NCBI GenBank assembly: GCA_964570655.1 | Contig: CAZMYU010000001.1 | Location: 1,454-65,453, forward strand | Direction: 5' to 3' | DNA length: 64,000 bases | Source of the DNA: an uncultured Gammaproteobacteria bacterium | Lineage (GTDB): Bacteria; Patescibacteriota; Patescibacteriia; Patescibacteriales; UBA12465 | Part shown: positions 9,481-18,549 of the stretch, in pieces | Numbering within the stretch: the first letter of the stretch is position 1 | How the letters are laid out: every line of letters starts with the position of its first letter | The notes under the pieces: generated by a model | The model's input: only the letters and a program-made list of their open reading frames with translations | What the model was told of the DNA's origin: nothing | Database searches by the model: none | Program-made: the position numbers and the translations under genes

Positions 9481-10941
9481 ATGACTATTGATAGAGTAAT
9501 AAAAAAATTTACCGACAATCATCCCGGCGCCAAGGCCGAACCTATCCGGCGGGCTTATGATTTTGCTGTTTTAGCCCACGCCAACCAAGCCAGAAAAAGC
9601 GGCGAACCCTATATTCAACACCCTCTCCACACGGCCTACGTCCTGGCCGAAATAAAATCTGACCTACCGACTATTGTCGCTGGGCTTCTTCATGATGTCC
9701 CCGAAGATACCAAATATACTATTAGTGATATTCAAGAAAATTTTGGCCAAGAAGTCGCCACTCTAGTTGAAGGAATCACTAAATTGGGAAAAATAAAATA
9801 TCGGGGTATTGAACGCTATCGAGAAAATTTGCGCAAAATGTTTATTGCCCTGGCTGATGATTTAAGAATTATTTTTATTAAATTTGCTGATCGTTTGCAT
9901 AATCTAAAAACTCTAGACAGTTTGCCAGAAAACAAAAGAGAACGGATCGCCAAAGAAACCTTAGAGATTTATGCCCCGATTGCCGGACTACTAGGAGCCT
10001 GGCGACTCAAGTGGCAATTAGAAGATATTTGTTTCAAATACTTATACCCAGAAGAATTCAAAGATTTGGAATACAAATATGAAGTAGAAAAACAAACCGA
10101 ACGAAATCAATTTTTTCAAAAAGTCAAAAAAACAATCGAACCAGAACTCGATCGTCACAAAATCAAAAACTATTTGATTGAATATCGCTTCAAACATCTC
10201 TATAGTATTTGGCAAAAGATGAATAATAAAGATCGAAAATTTGATGAGATTTATGATGTGTTTGCTCTTAGAATTATTGTGCCCACCGTTTCGGATTGCT
10301 ACAAAGTTTTGGGTATTTTGCATACTATCTGGAAACCTAAAATCAATCGTTTCAAAGATTATATTGCCGTACCCAAACCCAATGGCTATCGGTCACTCCA
10401 TACCACTGTGTTTGGGCCCGATGGTAAAGCTACCGAATTTCAAATTCGCACTCCCGAAATGAACGAAGAAGCTATTTATGGCCTCAGTGCTCATTTGCAT
10501 TATAAAAGCCAGGGATCTAGCGACCTCAAAAATCCCAAATGGATCCAAGATATTTTAGAAATCAAAAAAACCTTCAAAGACACTAGTCAATTTGTCAAAG
10601 AAATCAAATCGGCCAACGTCTTTAGAGATAGAATTTTTGTTTTTTCTCCCAAAGGTGATGTTCTGGAGCTCCCCGAAAAATCGACCCCTATAGATTTTGC
10701 TTATGCGATTCATAGTGCTATCGGCAATAAAACCATCGGGGCCCTAATCAATGATCAAGTCGCCCCGCTAGACCAAGAATTAAAAAATGGCGACTTAGTA
10801 GAAATAATCACTGACAAAAAACGACCAGGGCCCTCTAAAGAATGGCTCAAATTTGCCAAGACCAAACACGCTCGAGAACATATCAAAAAAAATTACCAAA
10901 ATCCTCTCTTCAACAAAATCAAAGGCTATTTTGCTAAATAA
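9481..10941 (+). CDS. relA: bifunctional (p)ppGpp synthetase/hydrolase, short RSH form (HD + synthetase + TGS only)
   Basis: HD hydrolase motifs (HPLHTAYVL, LLHDVPEDT), synthetase motifs (YRSLHTTV, EFQIRTPEM) and a TGS domain (IFVFSPKGDVLELPEKSTPIDFAYAIHSAIGNKTIGALINDQ). The protein ends about 25 aa after TGS, at 486 aa. Confidence 0.9.
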   Translation: MTIDRVIKKFTDNHPGAKAEPIRRAYDFAVLAHANQARKSGEPYIQHPLHTAYVLAEIKSDLPTIVAGLLHDVPEDTKYTISDIQENFGQEVATLVEGITKLGKIKYRGIERYRENLRKMFIALADDLRIIFIKFADRLHNLKTLDSLPENKRERIAKETLEIYAPIAGLLGAWRLKWQLEDICFKYLYPEEFKDLEYKYEVEKQTERNQFFQKVKKTIEPELDRHKIKNYLIEYRFKHLYSIWQKMNNKDRKFDEIYDVFALRIIVPTVSDCYKVLGILHTIWKPKINRFKDYIAVPKPNGYRSLHTTVFGPDGKATEFQIRTPEMNEEAIYGLSAHLHYKSQGSSDLKNPKWIQDILEIKKTFKDTSQFVKEIKSANVFRDRIFVFSPKGDVLELPEKSTPIDFAYAIHSAIGNKTIGALINDQVAPLDQELKNGDLVEIITDKKRPGPSKEWLKFAKTKHAREHIKKNYQNPLFNKIKGYFAK

Positions 10942-10950
10942 TACTAATAA

Positions 10951-11095
10951 AAGGCAGTGAAATACTTCCTTAAAAAGCACGCGGTCGCTCCGCCCAGCGG
11001 CTCCGCGCCGCTCACGGCTCCTTCGCTCGCCCCCTTCGGGGGACCATGCCTCACTCAGTCCGCCATGGCTTTTTAAGAAAATATTTCACTGCCTT
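10951..11095 (-). repeat. long compound hairpin: 28-bp AT-rich closing stem around an ~89-nt GC-rich multi-stem core
   Basis: 10951..10978 pairs with 11068..11095: 26 of 28 positions are Watson-Crick. The 2 C:A mismatches on the plus strand become G:U on a minus-strand RNA. The core contains sub-hairpins agcggc/gccgct, cccc-ttcg-gggg and ccatg..catgg. Confidence 0.6.
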
Positions 11096-11127
11096 GAAAT
11101 AAAAAATAAAACAGAATATTTAAAAAC

Positions 11128-11243
11128 TAGCGAGAGTGTGTTTTGGAGCGCATACGATTTCGTAGAGGAAATTAGAATTGGTGTCAGGCACCAATTCTAA
11201 TTTCCCACAGAAATCGTCTAAGCGGAAAAATACACTCTCGCTA
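11128..11243. repeat. second long imperfect hairpin (~115 nt) with a perfect 17-bp apical stem
   Basis: Outer stem tagcgagagtgt (11128..) pairs with acactctcgcta (..11243). The apical stem ggaaattagaattggtg (11167..11183) pairs with caccaattctaatttcc (11189..11205). Confidence 0.6.
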
Positions 11244-11249
11244 ATTTTT

Positions 11250-11286
11250 AAAACAACAAAAATCCCGCCGAGTAGACGGGATTTTT
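11250..11286 (-). terminator. rho-independent terminator downstream of rpsU
   Basis: Stem aaaatcccg/cgggatttt with a T-rich run on the minus strand (tttttgttgttt), 10 nt after the rpsU stop. Confidence 0.6.
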
Positions 11287-11295
11287 AGAAAATAT

Positions 11296-11538
11296 TTATC
11301 GACGACGAGTATTTTTGGTTTCTTTCTTAAGCTTACCAGTCTTGGTGAGATACTCTCTCTCTTTTTGGAGCTTCATACCAATGAGAGCTCTCTTTTTGAT
11401 TATCCGTTTGGTAGATTTGGGTTTCAAATGTTGTTTACTGCGCGAGACTTCCAAAATCTTATTATTTTTCAGCCCAGACTTAAAACGCCGCAAAAAGCTT
11501 TCAAAACTCTCTCCTGGTTTTCTAGTAAAATCGGCCAT
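11296..11538 (-). CDS. rpsU: 30S ribosomal protein S21
   Basis: 80 aa and basic. The ESFESFLRRFK motif and a KPK/KR-rich C-terminus match the S21 pattern (..E.ALRRFKR..). Confidence 0.8.
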   Translation of the reverse strand: MADFTRKPGESFESFLRRFKSGLKNNKILEVSRSKQHLKPKSTKRIIKKRALIGMKLQKEREYLTKTGKLKKETKNTRRR

Positions 11539-11598
11539 AGTTTCCTCCTTTCCCCATTTCGTCTCTGAAGACGAAAAAATTATTTAATTAAAAATCTT

Positions 11599-12936
11599 TT
11601 ATTTATTCCCTAATCTCTTATGCATTCTTTCTTTCAAATCTTTCTGATTAATAACTTCCTGCACACCAATTTCCACATCTCTAAAAATAATAGTTTCGGC
11701 GCTCACTTCTTTTTTGCCCAAAATCAAGATTATCTTGGCATTAAGTCTCTTAGCTTCTTCGAGTTGTTCCCGCAAATCATCAACTGAGAAAGACTGACGA
11801 ACATTAAAGCCACTTTTATTAAGTTCAGTGAACAGTTGCATCGATTTGACCCTGGCGGCCTCACTAAGTTGAGCGATAAAGATTATATTATCTTCTTTCT
11901 TAAAAGGCAAGTCCTTGTCTTTCATCTTGAGCACCGTTCTTTCCACTCCACCGGCAAATCCCAAGGCCGTACCACTCCGGCCACCAATATCATCCAAAAG
12001 CTTATTATAGCGACCACCTCGGCCTAGCGACCAACGTCTATCAACTTCCTTGTTATCACCCAGCGGCCAAACTTCAAAAATGGTCTCAGTATAATAATTA
12101 TAATTCTTCACCAAAAAGGGATCAAAATTATAATTAATATTCAATTCATCTAAATACTCTAAAACTCGAGTAAAATATTTGCTGCTCTCTTCCGACAAAA
12201 AGCTGGTAATTTGTGGAGCTTCTTTGCGGATTTCTCGACAAGCCTCGCTAGAACATTCTAGCAATTTGAGGGGTTCTTTGAGAAAAGCTTTTTTACAATC
12301 TGGACATAGTTTTGATTTATGACTTTTCTCTCGATAATATTTCAATAATTTTTGAAAATATTCTTTTTGACAATCATAATCACCCACACTATTAATTTGA
12401 ATCTGAACTTCAATTTGCAGTTCCTTAAAAATACTATAAATTATTTCCATGAGTAAGGCTTCTCCGGCCGGCCCTTCTTCGCCAAAAATTTCAAAAGCAA
12501 ATTGAGTAAATTGACGATAAGTTCCAGTCTGCACCTTGGGTTCTAGTCTAAACACCGGACCGAAAGAAAACAGTCTAACTGGCTGAGGCAAATTGTACAT
12601 GTCATTTTCCACATAAGCTCGAGCGAGGCCCCTGGTTAGATCTGAGCGCAAAGCAATCTTGTCTTTATGATTGGGCGACCAAACATAGAGATCTTTAAGT
12701 CGAGGTGATTTTTTGTAAAGAATAGCATCTTCAATCACCGGAGTCTCAGTACGACCGAAGCTATACAAATTAGCCACTTCATTGAGCTTATTAATAACCG
12801 ATTGCCACAATTTGTAGTCAGTGGACAAAATATCTTTCATGCCCAAAAGACGAGTGACTCCAATTTTTTTAGGACGAGTATCAACCTTGTTTTGGTTGGC
12901 TTGACGACGATTAAAAGTTTTTTTAGTTCTGGGCAT
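11599..12936 (-). CDS. hisS: histidine--tRNA ligase
   Basis: Class II aaRS HisRS motifs: GMKDIL..W, FRLEPKVQTGTYRQFTQFAFEIFG, the CPDC..C..C insertion motif, GGGRYNKLL and a C-terminal anticodon-binding domain. It has a basic ~30-aa N-terminal extension. Confidence 0.9.
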   Translation of the reverse strand: MPRTKKTFNRRQANQNKVDTRPKKIGVTRLLGMKDILSTDYKLWQSVINKLNEVANLYSFGRTETPVIEDAILYKKSPRLKDLYVWSPNHKDKIALRSDLTRGLARAYVENDMYNLPQPVRLFSFGPVFRLEPKVQTGTYRQFTQFAFEIFGEEGPAGEALLMEIIYSIFKELQIEVQIQINSVGDYDCQKEYFQKLLKYYREKSHKSKLCPDCKKAFLKEPLKLLECSSEACREIRKEAPQITSFLSEESSKYFTRVLEYLDELNINYNFDPFLVKNYNYYTETIFEVWPLGDNKEVDRRWSLGRGGRYNKLLDDIGGRSGTALGFAGGVERTVLKMKDKDLPFKKEDNIIFIAQLSEAARVKSMQLFTELNKSGFNVRQSFSVDDLREQLEEAKRLNAKIILILGKKEVSAETIIFRDVEIGVQEVINQKDLKERMHKRLGNK

Positions 12937-12942
12937 ATTTTA

Positions 12943-13500
12943 TTAATTGAATGAATAACTAGGGGTTTTAAAAACAGTCGCGGTTTTAAAGGGCCAACCT
13001 CTTAGCCAGACCCGACCAGTCAAAAAGCTACGATTGACTGCCCCAAAGCTCCGCGAATCCTTAGAGGCACTACGATTATCACCCAAGACATAATATTCAT
13101 CACTAGCGATACTAATAATATCTTCAGAGGAAGCAAAGGTTTTGATATTATTATCTAAATATTGACTTTCGTCCAGGACCTTTCCCTCGGGATGGTCAGT
13201 ATTATAAATGTAAATTTGCCCCTCACGGATTTGAATCTTTTCACCCGGTAGTCCAATAATCCTTTTAATAAAGTATTCCTGTGGATTATGCGGATAACGG
13301 AAGACCACAATATCACCCCGCACTGGCTGGTGAAAACGATAACCAATCTCATCAATAATTAGATATTGATGATCATGAAAAGTCGGCTCCATCGAAGCCC
13401 CTTTGACATAAAAAGGCTGAATTATAAAATATCTAATTGGCAAAACAATCACCGCGGCCAAAATAGCAATTTTCACAAACTCCCAAATAGCTTTGAGCAT
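12943..13500 (-). CDS. lepB: signal peptidase I
   Basis: N-terminal TM helix, catalytic Ser box GASMEPTF, Lys box KRIIGLPGE, and GDNRSASKDSR. Confidence 0.9.
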   Translation of the reverse strand: MLKAIWEFVKIAILAAVIVLPIRYFIIQPFYVKGASMEPTFHDHQYLIIDEIGYRFHQPVRGDIVVFRYPHNPQEYFIKRIIGLPGEKIQIREGQIYIYNTDHPEGKVLDESQYLDNNIKTFASSEDIISIASDEYYVLGDNRSASKDSRSFGAVNRSFLTGRVWLRGWPFKTATVFKTPSYSFN

Positions 13501-13514
13501 AAAAATTGGACTGA

Positions 13515-14348
13515 TTAAACTCGTTGTTTTCTTTTAGTAAAACGAAAAGATTTGTGCTGTTGGAATTTGTCAGAATTTTTAATAACTTCTGGTTTGACTG
13601 GTTGCTTCTCAACTTTATTTTTGTTTTGAATACTAGCTTTATAATCCAAATAATCTTGATACTCATTAGCCGCTTGAGCAATTTGAGCCTTGGTCATTTT
13701 AACACCACCAAACAAGACTGGCGCATTTTCTGGGCTAGCATTATCCTTGATATAATCATAACATTCTTTAAGCGACATCAGATCTTCTTTGGTATAAACC
13801 GGCAAAGGTCGGCCCTGTTCATTGGTAGCATTTTTAATGTCAGCTCGGGCTTTAGCTAAAGCTTCTAAGCGTTTTCTTTCGGCCTCAATTGTAGTCCGAT
13901 CCTTATTAATAGCCCGATCAATAGCATCTTGGCCTTTGACTCTCGGCTTATTCCTTTTGGCCTCTAATTTAGCCCGATACTTGGCCTGGTCAGCCTCTAA
14001 ACTTCTTTGAAGTCTTTCGTCAAAATCTTCAAAGTCACCATCGTCTCTCTCTCCTATCGGCTTTACAAACATAACTTCATCAGCTGGCAACTGGTCGTCA
14101 TGAACATCAACATAGCCATATCTTTTTTGGTGCTCTTCTCTTTTAGGATTATAATCATCGGTGTCGTAGTCATCAACCGGTCCCAATAATTCTTCTCTGT
14201 CGAGATCTTCATTGGCAATATCTAAATGTTCTTTTTTCCCGGGTTCTCTATCCCGATTAGAAAAAACATCCTCAGTCTTTCTAATGTCGTTAGTAATAAG
14301 ATTTTCTCTTTTTTCCTTACGCATTAAAAGATTGTCCCAAAGTGACAT
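13515..14348 (-). CDS. hypothetical highly charged protein
   Basis: 277-aa ORF in an operon between queA and lepB. It is rich in D/E/K/R and I recognise no motif. Confidence 0.6.
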   Translation of the reverse strand: MSLWDNLLMRKEKRENLITNDIRKTEDVFSNRDREPGKKEHLDIANEDLDREELLGPVDDYDTDDYNPKREEHQKRYGYVDVHDDQLPADEVMFVKPIGERDDGDFEDFDERLQRSLEADQAKYRAKLEAKRNKPRVKGQDAIDRAINKDRTTIEAERKRLEALAKARADIKNATNEQGRPLPVYTKEDLMSLKECYDYIKDNASPENAPVLFGGVKMTKAQIAQAANEYQDYLDYKASIQNKNKVEKQPVKPEVIKNSDKFQQHKSFRFTKRKQRV

Positions 14349-14403
14349 ATTGTTTTAAATTAAATTAATTATAAGCTTAGTTTATAGTTTTTTTGGAAAA
14401 AAA

Positions 14404-15441
14404 TCAAATAATGAGCATAGCATCCCCATAACTAAAAAAGCGATATTTCTTGGAAACTGCTAATTTATAGGCTTTTTTAATATTCCTCTCCCCCGCCAAG
14501 GCCATCACTAGCATAAGTAGCGACGATTTAGGCAGATGAAAATTGCTAATTAGGCCATAAGTAAGCTGAAATTTATAACCGGGATAGATATAGATGCTGG
14601 TCCAGCCCCGGGCCTTTTTGGTTTGAGCATAAGTCTCTAAAACTCGACAACTAGTGGTGCCAACAGCAATAATTCTTCTTTTGGATTGCCGAGCTCGCAG
14701 GATCTTGGCCAATTCATTTTTTTTGATATTTATAAACTCACTATGAATTTGATGTTCTCTAATATCGACAGTCTTAACTGGTTGAAAAGTTCCCAGGCCA
14801 ACATGCAAAGTGACTTTGGCAGTCTCGATGTCCTTTTTTTTCAAAACAGCTAAAAGTCGTGGGCTAAAATGCAGTCCAGCCGTTGGTGCCGCTACCGAAC
14901 CGACCTGACGATTATCGGCATAAACGGTTTGATAATTTTTTTGATCACTACTATTTTTTTTATCTCTTTTAATATAGGGTGGCAGTGGAGTCAGGCCGAT
15001 TTTAGAAACCAGCTTCATAAACTTGTCGCCACTTAAATTAAACCGAACCTGCCAAGTACTATCGCCATTATCCTTAATTAGCTCGGCTTGTAAATTATTT
15101 TTAAATTTAATCTGAAGCCCCACTTGAGACTTGCCTTTGACCAGGCAATTCCAAATATTATTTTTAATTTTATTTAATAAAAAAATTTCCACTCTCCCTT
15201 GGGTAATAATTTTAGTGCCAATTAACCTGGCCGGAAAAACCTTGGTATCATTAATCACCAGCAAGTCCCCGGCCCGCAAATAATTAGCCAAATTATAAAA
15301 ATGATCCTCTATTAAGTGACCAGTGTTTTTATCTAAAATTAAAAGCCGCGAGTGATCTCGCGGAGAAGCAGGGTGTTGAGCAATAAGCGATGTCGGAAGA
15401 TTATAATTGTAGTTTTCTAAATTAAATTTGTTGGGGAGCAT
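14404..15441 (-). CDS. queA: S-adenosylmethionine:tRNA ribosyltransferase-isomerase
   Basis: YNLPTSLIAQHPASPRDHSRLLIL, GTTSCRVLE, and a length of 345 aa. Confidence 0.9.
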   Translation of the reverse strand: MLPNKFNLENYNYNLPTSLIAQHPASPRDHSRLLILDKNTGHLIEDHFYNLANYLRAGDLLVINDTKVFPARLIGTKIITQGRVEIFLLNKIKNNIWNCLVKGKSQVGLQIKFKNNLQAELIKDNGDSTWQVRFNLSGDKFMKLVSKIGLTPLPPYIKRDKKNSSDQKNYQTVYADNRQVGSVAAPTAGLHFSPRLLAVLKKKDIETAKVTLHVGLGTFQPVKTVDIREHQIHSEFINIKKNELAKILRARQSKRRIIAVGTTSCRVLETYAQTKKARGWTSIYIYPGYKFQLTYGLISNFHLPKSSLLMLVMALAGERNIKKAYKLAVSKKYRFFSYGDAMLII

Positions 15442-15569
15442 AAAAATAATGTTAACTCAAAATGCAAAAGTCAAAACGCAAACCTACAACTAAAAACTCA
15501 AAAGTTTTGACATTTGCGTTGTGGCTTTGAGTTTTGACATTTAAGCTTTGAGCTTTGATCTAAGCATTT

Positions 15570-16601
15570 TTAAATCAACTTACTTTGCTCTTTGTCTTTA
15601 TTTTTCAATCCTAAGTGCTCATAGGCTAATTTGGTGGCCACGCGCCCGCGACTAGTGCGATCTAAAAATCCCAACTGGAGCAAAAATGGTTCATAAACAT
15701 TTTCAATAGTATCCATTTCTTCCCCAGTAGTCGCCGACAAAGTATTGAGGCCGACCGGACCACCAGCAAATTTATTAATTATCGCCTGCAAAATTTTGCG
15801 GTCCACCATGTCTAGCCCCAATTCATCAACTTCCAACATATTAAAAGAATCAAAACAAACATTTTTATCAATTTGCCCATTGCCTTTGACCTGGCAGTAA
15901 TCACGCACTCGTTTCAAAAGTCGATTAGCGATCCGTGGAGTTTTTCGCGACCGCTGAGAAATAGCCGCAGCGGATTCATCGTCAATTTTAATTCCCAAAA
16001 TTCCGGCACTCCGTTTGATGATTTGTTCAATATCACTGTTTTCATAAAATTCCAAATGATGAGTCAGGCCAAAACGATCCCGTAGTGGTGCTGACAGCAA
16101 ACTAGCTTGAGTAGTCGCGCCGATAATTGTAAATTTGGGCAAATCTAGTCGCAAAGTTCGCGCTGTCGGACCTTTACCCATAATAATATCTAGAGCGTAA
16201 TCTTCCATGGCTGGATACAGAATCTCCTCAACGGTTTTATTCAAACGATGAATCTCGTCAATAAACAAAATATCGCCTTCATTGAGATTGGTCAAAATAG
16301 CCGCTAAGTCTCCGGTCTTTTCAATGGCCGGACCAGAAGTAATTCTAATATTGGCCCCGCTCTCATTGGCGATCACATGAGCCAAAGTGGTTTTACCGAG
16401 CCCTGGCGCCCCATAAAGCAAAACATGCTCAATGGGCTCTTTGCGTCCCTTGGCCGCGGAGATGGCGATTTCCAAATTAGCCTTGATATTGTTTTGGCCA
16501 ATATATTCTTTGAGTGTTTTGGGCCGCAAATTAGCATCAAAGACCACCTCTTCGGTTTTGGCAATTGGGCTAATTAAGCGATCATCATTATCTTGTTTCA
16601 T
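15570..16601 (-). CDS. ruvB: Holliday junction branch migration helicase RuvB
   Basis: [12 protein letters not shown], Walker [12 protein letters not shown], Walker B FIDEIHRL, and the C-terminal winged-helix region. Confidence 0.95.
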   Translation of the reverse strand: MKQDNDDRLISPIAKTEEVVFDANLRPKTLKEYIGQNNIKANLEIAISAAKGRKEPIEHVLLYGAPGLGKTTLAHVIANESGANIRITSGPAIEKTGDLAAILTNLNEGDILFIDEIHRLNKTVEEILYPAMEDYALDIIMGKGPTARTLRLDLPKFTIIGATTQASLLSAPLRDRFGLTHHLEFYENSDIEQIIKRSAGILGIKIDDESAAAISQRSRKTPRIANRLLKRVRDYCQVKGNGQIDKNVCFDSFNMLEVDELGLDMVDRKILQAIINKFAGGPVGLNTLSATTGEEMDTIENVYEPFLLQLGFLDRTSRGRVATKLAYEHLGLKNKDKEQSKLI

Positions 16602-16638
16602 ATCTTAAGATTGTAGGCTAATTATGATTTTTTTTCAA

Positions 16639-16672
16639 CCGCGTAAAGCCCTCGTAAACTCGGGCCACGCGG
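16639..16672. repeat. CGCGTAAAG..CCACGCG hairpin repeat (family also present twice in the 16S leader)
   Basis: ccgcgtaaagccctcgtaaactcgggccacgcgg. Compare 37973..38000 ccgcgtaaaggcctgacggcccacgcgg and 38038..38065. Confidence 0.6.
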
Positions 16673-16691
16673 CGCAGTCCCTTTCTAAAAG

Positions 16692-16728
16692 GTGCCACGC
16701 TCTGGTGCCTGGCACCAGAGCGTGGCAC
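16692..16728. repeat. perfect 18-1-18 palindrome
   Basis: gtgccacgctctggtgcc t ggcaccagagcgtggcac. Confidence 0.8.
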
Positions 16729-16792
16729 TTTAGAGTGGCACCAATCAAAAACCCCACTTTTTTAGCGGGGTTTTAAGACTGATAATTGGAAG

Positions 16793-17284
16793 TTAATAGA
16801 CAAAATAATTCCGTTTGAATCCAGGTCGGAGGGTCATCTCTATGTTTTTCAAACAAAGAATTTTGACCCGAGCCACTGGAGCTAGGGCATCGCTATTACT
16901 TACGCCCAATAATCTTTCCTCAAACTTCATTGAATCTTTTTTGAAATCAGATAGCGCAGCGATTTCATTGCCCTGCTCAAAATTTTGCAAAGCTAATTCA
17001 TCAATCTCGTGATTCATATAATCCCCGCTCAGTAAAGATAAGGGGAAAACCACAGAATTACGATTGGACCGCAGATACCAATGACCCAGCTTAATTGGCT
17101 CAGCATAAGCATCAACGAAGCGATTGGAATCACCCATAAATTCCAGGAATTTAACAGCGCACCAATCCTTTTGGATTTCACAGTCAGCGTTAAATCCGGG
17201 ACACACTGCCGTGGGCTTGGGTTTATTCGGCGTACAGGCTAACATCGAAATTAAAAGGAAAATAAAAAATACTAATTTTTTCAT
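16793..17284 (-). CDS. hypothetical lipoprotein
   Basis: 163 aa with a lipobox-like signal MKKLVFFIFLLISMLAC. A terminator hairpin (aaaccccgc..gtggggttt) lies downstream at ~16750..16785. Codon choice differs from neighbouring genes. Confidence 0.65.
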   Translation of the reverse strand: MKKLVFFIFLLISMLACTPNKPKPTAVCPGFNADCEIQKDWCAVKFLEFMGDSNRFVDAYAEPIKLGHWYLRSNRNSVVFPLSLLSGDYMNHEIDELALQNFEQGNEIAALSDFKKDSMKFEERLLGVSNSDALAPVARVKILCLKNIEMTLRPGFKRNYFVY

Positions 17285-17356
17285 TCTTTAACTTTTATAG
17301 GTTTAAACAATATTTTTAAGAACTGTAATGAAATACCCTATACTATTTTCAAAAAA

Positions 17357-18541
17357 TTGTCAAACTTCTCAATTATTGATATGATTAAACTAGGTCAAAA
17401 CCTAGCTTATATGAACAACAAAAAACATCACAAAATACTACATCCCAAACAAGCGTCAAAACTAGAACAAAAAACCAAGGCGCCAAAAATCAAAAAGAAA
17501 AAAAAGAAAATCACTCTTAGCTTTACTTTGATTGAATTAATTGTGGTGATCGCCATTATTGCTCTTTTGGCTACTATGGCGCTCATTGGTATCGGCAATG
17601 CGCGAATCAAATCTCGAGACGTCAAAAGAATAGCCGATATCAAACAAATAAATTCTGCCCTAGCTCTTTATTATAACGACAAAAATCAATACCCAATGGC
17701 CATTATTAGCGGCCAAGCCCTGTATTCCACATCACTAGATGTTAACGGAAATATTAGTACGACCACTTATTTAGGTTCGGTACCGACAGCCCCAGCTAAT
17801 TTCGACGGGGCCAATTGTAGTAGCGCCAATAACGCCTATATTTATAATTCTTCGTCTGATTTACAATCTTACACCTTGTCGACCTGTGTCGCTAGCAACA
17901 AAGATGGTTCAGCTATTTATATTTCTGACTCTACCCAAAATCAACCCTGTGGATCATATATTATTAATTATGGTGGCCAAACTTACCGGACTGTTCAAAT
18001 CGGCACCCAATGTTGGATGAAAGATAATTTAAATGTTGGTACCATGATTTTAGGAGCCAGCGACCAAAACAATAATGGCCTAATTGAAAAATATTGTTAT
18101 GATGATCTGGCAATCAATTGCGAAACCTATGGTGGTCTGTATACTTGGGATGAAGCCATGCAGTATTCAGATTTGGAAAAATCTCAAGGAATTTGTCCCC
18201 CGGGTTGGCATATCCCGGCCGACTTAGAACAAAACACCCTAGATCAATATCTAAAAAATTCTGGCCAAAGTTGTGACGCCACGCGTAATGGTCCTTGGGA
18301 CTGTTCAGCTGCTGGAACCAAATTGAAAGCTGGCGGATCTTCGGGTTTTGAAGCCCTAATGGCTGGCTCTCGACTCACTAATAAATCCTTTGGCGGACAA
18401 GACACCGAAACCTTTTTTTGGTCATCATCAAACCTAGGACAAGATGGTCGAAGTCGAAGCCTAAATGCTGGTCGCTCCACTGTCTATCGTCATCCTTACC
18501 CTAAAGATCGAGGATTTTCTCTGCGATGTTTAAAAAATTAA
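17357..18541 (+). CDS. type IV pilin-like protein fused to a C-terminal FISUMP domain (paralog of 53727..54917); start codon uncertain (alternatives at 17381, 17411)
   Basis: Class III signal-like motif ..KKKKKKITLS|FTLIELIVVIAIIALLA. Pilin globular start SRDVKRIADIKQINSALALYYNDKNQYP. FISUMP signature YRTVQIGTQCWMKDNLNVG..YGGLYTWDEAM..CPPGWHIPAD..GFSLRCLKN. Confidence 0.8.
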   Translation: MSNFSIIDMIKLGQNLAYMNNKKHHKILHPKQASKLEQKTKAPKIKKKKKKITLSFTLIELIVVIAIIALLATMALIGIGNARIKSRDVKRIADIKQINSALALYYNDKNQYPMAIISGQALYSTSLDVNGNISTTTYLGSVPTAPANFDGANCSSANNAYIYNSSSDLQSYTLSTCVASNKDGSAIYISDSTQNQPCGSYIINYGGQTYRTVQIGTQCWMKDNLNVGTMILGASDQNNNGLIEKYCYDDLAINCETYGGLYTWDEAMQYSDLEKSQGICPPGWHIPADLEQNTLDQYLKNSGQSCDATRNGPWDCSAAGTKLKAGGSSGFEALMAGSRLTNKSFGGQDTETFFWSSSNLGQDGRSRSLNAGRSTVYRHPYPKDRGFSLRCLKN

Positions 18542-18549
18542 AATAAAAC

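Noticed and set aside
11315-11587. Plus-strand ORFs 11315..11587 and 11365..11568
   Set aside because: They are antisense to rpsU, whose S21 motif is clear.
17357-18541. Diversity-generating retroelement targeting the pilin/FISUMP C-termini
   Set aside because: There is no reverse transcriptase gene and no template/variable repeat pair with adenine-specific differences in the window. The two paralogs differ throughout, not in a localised variable region.
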